Assembly (NCBI GenBank): GCA_001949185.1
Contig: BDGG01000007.1
Location: 347,725-378,894, forward strand
Direction of reading: 5' to 3'
Length of the DNA: 31,170 bases
From: Ramazzottius varieornatus
Taxonomy: Eukaryota > Animalia > Tardigrada
In this document: positions 23,606 through 31,170 of the stretch, piece after piece
How the letters are laid out: each line of letters begins with the position of its first letter
Numbering within the stretch: position 1 is the first letter of the stretch
The notes under the pieces: model-generated
What the model was told of the DNA's origin: nothing
Database searches by the model: none
The model's input: only the letters and a program-made list of their open reading frames with translations
Translations under genes and position numbers: made by a program

Positions 23606-23982
23606 CCATTGCGGCAACGAATGTGAGGACATGGCGAATCAGTTAATCAAAATGCAGACGAGTTCGGGGCGGGATCGCAATCAAAAGATTTGGTGGACTT
23701 TATTGGGAAGCACGCTCTGAAATCTAAATCACCCCATCACTCACCCTATAGCTTCGACTCATCCCAAGCTCCATTTCAGAACACAATGACAGAGAAGCTA
23801 TAGATATCACAAAAGAGATTACAGGAAGACTCTCGGTATCACGAAGAAACATCTGTTAAGGCCTTAAACAGCTGAATAAACCGAAAACGTTGATCAAGGC
23901 TTTTTGATTGCCGTGACGTCACGTCATACAGTCATCTTTGATTGCTTGGTTTGCCATGTCCTCACGTTCGTTGCCGCAATGG
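23606..23982. mobile_element. MITE with TIR CCATTGCGGCAACGAA(T/C)GTGAGGACATGGC
   Basis: About 30 bp of near-perfect inverted ends with a longer degenerate extension. The left end is tandemly duplicated (23515-23631, period 63 bp). TSD is unclear. Confidence 0.75.
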
Positions 23983-24101
23983 TATACCATCCGTATGAAA
24001 ATTGCGACAAGTCTACCAAATAGACTGTGGTTACCGCACGTAGGAAGGTACTCCAATGGGCTACTACCGGTATAGCTGCGGCCTTGTTAATCGGTGAAAT
24101 A

Positions 24102-24378
24102 CAGTTCATCGTTCGAAATCCGTACACTATTCTTCCATTTCATCTTGGTAAAATCACACAGGAGGGCTCGCCGTGGAGTTTTTTGATTGTTTGTTCTTTG
24201 GAATCACAAAGCTGGCACGTTTGATATGGCAGAAAACAAGTAGTGTTTTCGATCGAATTGATTGCTCGTAGACTATTGACGTCACTTCCCTTTGTTTCTG
24301 GCAAGCTGTACCGTTGATGTTCGACTGGTAGCAAATGAAAACGGAAGAACAGTGTACGGATTTCGAACAAGTGAACTG
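24102..24378. mobile_element. Tc1/mariner-type MITE (277 bp)
   Basis: TIR CAGTTCA..GTTCGAAATCCGTACACT(A/G)TTCTTCC with a TA duplication. Removing it restores the GR reading frame (GEIPQLCMPI). Confidence 0.9.
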
Positions 24379-24940
24379 TACCGCAACTTTGCATGCCGAT
24401 AAGAATGGTCGGGGTTGGCTCCCCCTCAGGCAGTGGTACCTAATCATGTGACTTCTTCACATGGCTCCCTCAGTTTTTACCATGTTCCGATCGAGTTGTT
24501 TTAAGTACTCTTCCGAAACAAGTGTGACGCATTGTTAGAGCTCTGCGAATCCGCCGAAAAGTTTAGAGCGGACTCACGAATCAAGCAAAGCTCGTATGAG
24601 TTCGGGAGAGTTACAGTGTAGGCAAATGAGCTACTCTAAAAGTGGGCTGGACTATCGACAGTGAAGACACCGAACCAAAAACTGTTCCAAACGAGACAAA
24701 TTTCCTTTATGGTTGATTACAGCAGTTGATCAAACATACACACACTCCACAGCTGACTGCCCAAATGAGAGGCAACATGTTACGTAACACCCGGCAACAC
24801 GTTCAGGCTGGTCTGAAAGTTCTCTTCTTGGACATCTATCCATCTGTCCCAACTCGTCCAACTCGGCTTTGGAAATCCATATCCGTTGGAAGGTTGACAC
24901 CGAAGCCAGGATAGGACCACCGAACCAAGGACTGTACAAG

Positions 24941-26590
24941 ATGGCACCAGGAAAGCTTGTCGATCCAGACCTTGTTGGTCTTGTTTTCAGGTGTTTTGCA
25001 CAAAACAACAGGAGTTACAGCGCAGTTGGACGGCTCGTGGGAAAGAGCTACAAGGGGGTGCAGAATATCATCGTTAATTACGATGAATCAACGAAAAAGC
25101 GCAAAGTTGCCAAGCCAAAAGGAAGACCTCGTGCGACGACCACTGAGCAGGACGTCGATTTGTTGAGATTCGTCCAGGCGAATCGAGATCTTAGCGGCAC
25201 CAAGATTACTGTGGAAGTTGGACTGGGTCACAAGACTCTATTAAACCGTCTACGCGATTTTAAGGCCCGCCGATCCAAAGCCGTCCTGGATGAGCTCACC
25301 CAGGAGCATGAGGACACTCGCGTCTTCTGGTGCCTTATTCAGCGGGAGCTTCTTCTGGAGAACCCTACAATGTTCCACGAAGTCATTTTCAGCGATGAAG
25401 TCCGTTTCAATTTGCATGGTGGCAAGATTGAGGTGATCATATTTAATCTATTTATTCTATTTATTCTATTTATTCTATTTATTCTATTTATTCTATTTAT
25501 TCTATTTATTCTATTTATTCTATTTATTCTATTTATTCTATTTATTCTATTTATTCTATTTATTCTATTTATTCTATTTATTCTATTTATTCTATTTATT
25601 CTATTTATTCTATTTATTCTATTTATTCTATTTATTCTATTTATTCTATTTATTCTATTTATTCTATTTATTCTATTTATTCTATTTATTCTATTTATTC
25701 TATTTATTCTATTTATTCTATTTATTCTATTTATTCTATTTATTCTATTTATTCTATTTATTCTATTTATTCTATTTATTCTATTTATTCTATTTATTCT
25801 ATTTATTCTATTTATTCTATTTATTCTATTTATTCTATTTATTCTATTTATTCTATTTATTCTATTTATTCTATTTATTCTATTTATTCTATTTATTCTA
25901 TTTATTCTATTTATTCTATTTATTCTATTTATTCTATTTATTCTATTTATTCTATTTATTCTATTCTATTTATTCTAGTGCTGGTATTTGAAAGGGGAGA
26001 ATCGTCACGATAAGGACTTGCAAGTTCCTGTTGCCACTCTCATCAAAGGCGGGATAATGCTGTGGGGCGCTATCACCGCGACCGGACCTGTAGCGTTAAT
26101 CAGGGTAGATGGTCGGATTAATTCTGACGTATATGAGGATACGTTGTTTGAGCGCCTGCCGCGTTTCTTGGATAAGCATGGACGGGATCTGACATTTCAG
26201 CAAGACAAATGTCCAATCCACACTTCCAGAAAGATGGGGCAATTCTTTTGGCGGGAAGGAATAGAAGTAAGTCTCGCATACCAAACTTCATATCGTTTAC
26301 TTATCAAATTTTGAACGTACTTTCGAATATATATGTCTGCAGTCTGTCTATCTTGGGTTTTGACATGGCCTTCACGATTTCCGGATCTTAATGTCATCGA
26401 AAATGTCTGGGGAAAAATGAATATGTATATTTGTGACCGAAGACCGAAAAATTTGGTGGAGCTGGACACTCTTATCCAAGAAGCGTGGAAAGCGATCTTG
26501 ACTCACGAGTACTGCAGCAACGTGGTGAATTCGATGTTTGATAGAATGACTGATTGTATTAATAATTCCGGTGCTCGCATTCCTTACTAA
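24941..26590 (+). CDS. Tc1 transposase, exons 24941-25432, 25979-26266, 26357-26590 (~337 aa); second acceptor mutated
   Basis: HTH region, [39 protein letters not shown], with 34 residues between D2 and E. The expected acceptor reads TCTTGG instead of TCTTAG at 26355-26356. Confidence 0.85.
25442..25977. repeat. (TTTATTCTA)n tandem array
   Basis: 57 perfect consecutive units at 25451-25963, plus variant or partial flanking units. Confidence 0.99.
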
Positions 26591-29381
26591 CCTCATGATT
26601 TCAGTTTTACAGGTCGACTTTCTTGTTTTACCTCATATAGTTTCGTGTTTTATGTTTGTGACGTTCTGGTTTTATGATAAAATTTCATCAACTGAATGTT
26701 ATCTATTGGTCCATAGTACTTTGATGTACGCCCATAACTGCCGCCCCCTTTTAGAGTAGCTTATTTGCCTACACTGTATCTCGGCTGTTGTTGACCCTAA
26801 ATCTGGTACACGTACGACGAGAAATCATAAGCCAGGCGGGAAAGACGGCGGAATTAAAATTTACACGTAGAAAAGTGTCGAAACGTGTATTAGTGTGAGT
26901 CAGTCGCGTGCATACGTTCTCCCGTTTCGTCTCAGCGAGAAGACCTGGTTCATAATTTTTACTGGCCCGTAATATCTCGTCGTGCTTGTATTGAACGTCG
27001 TATGGTTCTCGGCTGAAACAACCACTGAAGTTGTAGTTGTTACATCCTGAACTACGACTTGGAACTCCAGTGTTCCAGTCATATAGGAGTACTGGAAAAC
27101 GCAACTTTGATATTTTTTGCACAAATCATTCGAGCTTTTACGGTTCAGCAGATATACATTTCCACAACAATTTTCGCATGACTCAGTATTCTTTCCGGAA
27201 GGCTTATACAGCAGCAAAGCTGATTGTCGAGACTGAGAATTCCATCGCTTGTTGCAAGATCCCAGTCATGTCAAGCTGTGCATATGGATCGTTTCTGGGT
27301 GACATGGTCTGCTCATGGCTGGCCCACCAAAACCCGCAGGGGTTTTCCAAATGTGACAAAATCAACAAAGTTTCTAGCTGGAAACTGCTCGTTACCCATG
27401 AAAAACTGGCACATATAGTAACTTTATACCCCGATTCCAACGGGTATTCACCCGATTCAGCCTGAACCGAACGTCACGTGGAAACATTAAGAAATCCACT
27501 CCAGACGAAAACCTGTGTCTCACAAAATCTCCCGATTTCGTGAGACAGCCTCCCAGATCCAGCATTACCGATACACCACGTCTTACGGTATACTTCACCT
27601 TCACCTATATTTACTTCACCTGTATCTGAACAATGTTGTTTGCCAAATTTGACTCGGCGGTTCCACGGCACGCAGCTGGCGAAGCCGGAGTACGATGCGG
27701 CAGTGTAAACAGGGGTGCAGCTCCGTGCGGTAAAAAATGCAGCACATACTTTCGAAACTGGAACTAGCGATTCCAGAGCACGGAGGCGGTAATGCCGCCA
27801 GACTGCGGTGCGGGACGGGGTACAGGGGGGCAGTCCCTCGTGGTAGCAAAAACAGCACATGTTTTAATGTCTGAAAGCGCTGGAAAAAATTTCTCTCTCT
27901 CAACTTCACACGCAAGACCACATTTGCTTCAGGGTCCTCCAGCACGGCTCGGGTTGAACATAGGTTACTCGAATTTGCTGCTGTAATTATTACGTTCACC
28001 GCATCGAGCGATACAATGACAGGTACAATGTACAGTATTTCTGAGTGCTAAACTGTGTCAAGAATTGCGAGAAAGTGACAGGAGGGAGTTCGATTATGCT
28101 AAGAGGACTAATGTCAAGAACAACAAGAAACCAGGCAAAAAATTTTTTCTGGCACCGGATAGTGATAGGGTGGGGTTATTATGGTCGAAACCCACTTTGG
28201 TTATTATCACCCACCAAAATTACTTTCTATACAAGGTTACCACGCACCCAGAAAAGTCACTGCTAGCCAGTTTTTACTTTAGGGTAGAGAGCTGCTATCT
28301 CTTTGTTCCTCGTAGACCTGGAATGAGAGGCGCCGAAAAGATGGCCGACGATTTGCGGGTCTATCTGCTTAGATGCGTCGTACAAATAGAGAGGGTCCTT
28401 AATCCGGTCCGCTAAGGTCCAGCGGTCCCCCCTCAATTATCCTCGCTTCATCTTTCTCGCAGTACTGCGCAACTCACTCACCCTTTCTGGATTGATTTCT
28501 GCGAGGGTGATGAATGAGATCTTCACAGCTCAGAGTGAAACAGCCCGTGGTAGTTTTACTGCGGACCAAGCCGCATCGATGGACGGGACTCGATCCACCC
28601 CATCCCACGCATCAGGTTGACTACGGCTGGAGTGAGCCGAATAACCTTCAGATCCACCGACAAGTCGCGTTCTTCCGGGGCAACTTGTTCTGGAAAACTG
28701 GGTGGCAATAACGTAATTAGCTTTAAGTAATAATGTTCATTAATTCTAGATTTCAGTTGGTGACAATAACTAAAGTGGGTTTGGGTAATTAATTTTGGTG
28801 GGTGACAATAACGTTAGTGGGTTTTACTGGCTGACAACAGCCATTTTCATAGTAATACGCTACGCTCATGCAGCCTTGCCGCTGGAAATCTCGATTTGGA
28901 TGACAAGGAAAGGCCAGTTTTGAGCCTAACATCGCGGATCGAACTGTGTGTCAACCGCGTACGTACAGTGCACTCGTAGAACTCGCAAAGTGATTAGGCA
29001 GATCAATTTACCACCACAGGATGAGATTCCGACTGTAGCAAAAACGAGCTGCAGCGTCACTTATAAGCGCAGTACTCCAGTTTAGAACACAACCGTTCCC
29101 GTAAGATCCCTGATCCTCACTGCGCTTAAAACCCCAAGCATCCGACTCCACACCCTGAAGTGCAGCTGGAGCGGCTGGCAATTTCTGCATTCCATGTTGC
29201 AAATAAAAATCGGTCATTCTTCAATTTCGACGTTCCAAAAGGTTCGTTGATGCTGGGGGTGAATAGCTGTCTTTGCGTAGTCATTTGTGGCTGTAGTCTT
29301 CGCGTGCGAAGTAGCATACTTCACTTCCACGAACTTGTACAGGACATTCAGTACTACGGTTAGCTGTATTTTCTGAACAGC

Positions 29382-31147
29382 ATGTTTACTGCACAAACAG
29401 CTGTCTTGAAGGCGACGGGCTATCTTCCATTGTATCATCAGCACGACTACCGCGACAAGTCTGCAGGATGGACTGCGGTTACCGCAGGGACGAGCGTTCT
29501 TCAGTGGGCTATCTCCGGTTTAGCAGCGTTGTTATTTATCAGTCAAATCCTGCATTTCTGCCTGCTGATAGAAACGGTGGTACTTTTTCTCCCTACAGGC
29601 GGCGGCAATCCAATCATGTGGCTTCTTGAGATGGCTCCATCCGTTGTTACCATGTTTCGTTCGATTTCTGTTCAGGTGCTGTTCCGCATCAATCGTAGCT
29701 CATGGCTAGAACTTGGCAGATCCATGCAAGAGCGTAAGACGGTATCGGCGCCGAAGAAATGGCATAAGACTTCTAACGCGTCATCTTGGTTGTTGATGAT
29801 TCTGACCCTGGTACTAAGCCTCGCATGGTACTCGATTGAGACAGTCATCGATCTTGTACGTTGGCGTTTCAACCTCAATTACGACCTAGATCTCCAGTTT
29901 CCCAGCCACATTCCATATTGGAAAATGCAGCTCTGGTACTTTTTTGCCCAGACTATTCCCTTCTTTACAGCTCAGCAAATTTATATGTCTGCGATAATTT
30001 GTGCAAAAGCTCTCTCCAGAAATCTTGGAGAACTGAATGCGGAAATTGAGGGTTCTATTGTGCTCGTTCGAGATGCCAATCAAGCCGAACTGTTGGACGT
30101 TCTGGGTGACAGGGTCTGTTCATGGCAGGCTGACCAACACCCGCAGGTGCTCGCCCAATGCAGGAAAATCAACAAAGTTTTCAGCTGGATACTCTTCGTT
30201 ATTTACTGTGGGGACTTTATTACTTTGGCCGGTTGTTTGTCACGGGTCGCTAGCAACTACTCCAAACCTGAAGCTCTATTTGATTTACTGCGAGATTTGT
30301 CTGGCGTGCTGATCTTCAGCAGTTACGGGACTGTTTTTGGAATCCATTTTGTCCAAGTCTACGAACGAGTAAGAGACCGCAATATTCAAACTTGACCGTA
30401 CTGTACGTTCTCACCGAAGTACTCCTTGACATTCAATGCTATGCTGAGTGTACGAGAACAAAAAGTGTAGAATCGAGGTATGGTCTTCGATCGTCCAAGG
30501 TTCAAGTTTTACGAACAGGCGTACATGTACGATGATAAACCAAGGTAGCCTTGATCCGAATGCCTGAGTTTTGGCCTGAACGAAGCATGAGGGAAAGATA
30601 TAATGATCACATGACGTCGGTTACGTCTTATCCTTTTCTTATGCGCCAAACGGACCAAAAGTTTTGCGTCAAAAAACCGAAAAACGTTGAAAGTTACATG
30701 GTGAACCATACGAAAAAGAAAACGAAAGCGTCGCTCAGGGCTGTGCCAGAATGAGTCAAGGCCACGCACGTCTTTCGCCGCACGGCTTTCAATCTGACAG
30801 ATTTTTACATACGGTCGTATTTTCACTCTAAACTGTTTTTTTCTGCCGTCGGTTTTCTGCCGCAAAACTTTCAGTGCGTTTGGCCCTTTACAGAGCACCG
30901 CGATACCATCGATGCTTTACCAACTCAGCTGTGCGATTAAGCAGCGATATCGGAATGTTTCCACAGACAAACAGGTAAGTTCTCTGATGACTGGTTTACC
31001 TTCCGTTACGTACGAATATTTGTCCGACCGTTTTAGGTGAAAGCGTTACAGCGAGAAGTCGACAACTTCTGCGAAAACACCAGAAACAACATTTGCGCGA
31101 TTGATGGAGGGGGTCTCTTCCTCTACACCAGGAGACTGCTAATGGGA
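29382..31147 (+). CDS. Gustatory-receptor-like chemoreceptor, copy B; exons 29382-30368, 30894-30974, 31037-31147; continues beyond window
   Basis: Same exon structure as copy A, with GT-AG junctions, an open frame and 14 aa differences in exon 1. Confidence 0.7.
30642..30887. mobile_element. PIF/Harbinger (Tourist)-like MITE in GR intron 1
   Basis: Imperfect ~38-bp TIRs (TGCGCCAAACGGACCAAAAGTTTTGCG / AGGGCCAAACGCACTGAAAGTTTTGCG) flanked by TTA on both sides. Confidence 0.65.
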
Positions 31148-31170
31148 GTACGATTACAAACATACTACTT

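Larger units (their letters stand above)
24614..26776 (+). mobile_element. Full-length Tc1 (DD34E) transposon
   Basis: TIR CAGTGTAGGCAAAT(G/A)AGCTACTCTAAAAG with a TA TSD on both sides and an internal transposase. Confidence 0.97.
23983..27395 (+). pseudogene. Older GR-like paralog pseudogene interrupted by TEs
   Basis: Collinear homology to copies A/B: HPYENCDKS..VTARRKVLQWATTGIAA, IM*LLHMAPSVFTMFRS, NYDLELQ..YWKTQL*YF, FLGDMVCSWLAHQNPQ..KINKVSSW. Multiple stops and frameshifts. Confidence 0.88.
29072..31170. repeat. Right arm of a large inverted segmental duplication
   Basis: Reverse complement of 456-2479. It runs off the end of the window. Confidence 0.97.

Noticed and set aside
25451-25963. 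CRISPR array or telomeric repeat
   Set aside because: No spacers, no G-rich strand, and it is internal to a TE intron.
24869-25978. 369-aa ORF with a poly-FIL tail as a real membrane protein
   Set aside because: It is read-through of transposase exon 1 into an intronic tandem repeat. Splicing restores a canonical DD34E transposase.
456-31170. Giant transposon (Polinton/Maverick or similar) with 2-kb TIRs
   Set aside because: The arms are host receptor genes with introns. No polB, integrase, ATPase or capsid ORFs are present, and the termini are not visible.

Overview
Eukaryotic (animal) genomic DNA with short GT-AG introns and mid GC. It reads as invertebrate; tardigrade-like is only a guess. 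The window is bracketed by a near-identical inverted duplication of at least 2 kb (456-2479 vs 29072-31170). Each arm carries a spliced gustatory-receptor-like 7TM gene, and the two genes are transcribed outward. Between the arms lie an intact 12-exon M1 aminopeptidase N gene, a BIR-less IAP-like UBA+RING ORF and a third, degraded GR paralog. There is also a dense set of transposable elements: a disabled CRE-like non-LTR retrotransposon, a truncated hAT transposon, a DD34E Tc1 element whose first intron is almost entirely a perfect 9-bp array, several MITEs with clear TSDs (hAT, Tc1/mariner, Harbinger-like) and a ~1.06-kb TTAA-flanked foldback. No prokaryotic systems (CRISPR etc.) are present. 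All alignments were done by eye, so identities are approximate.
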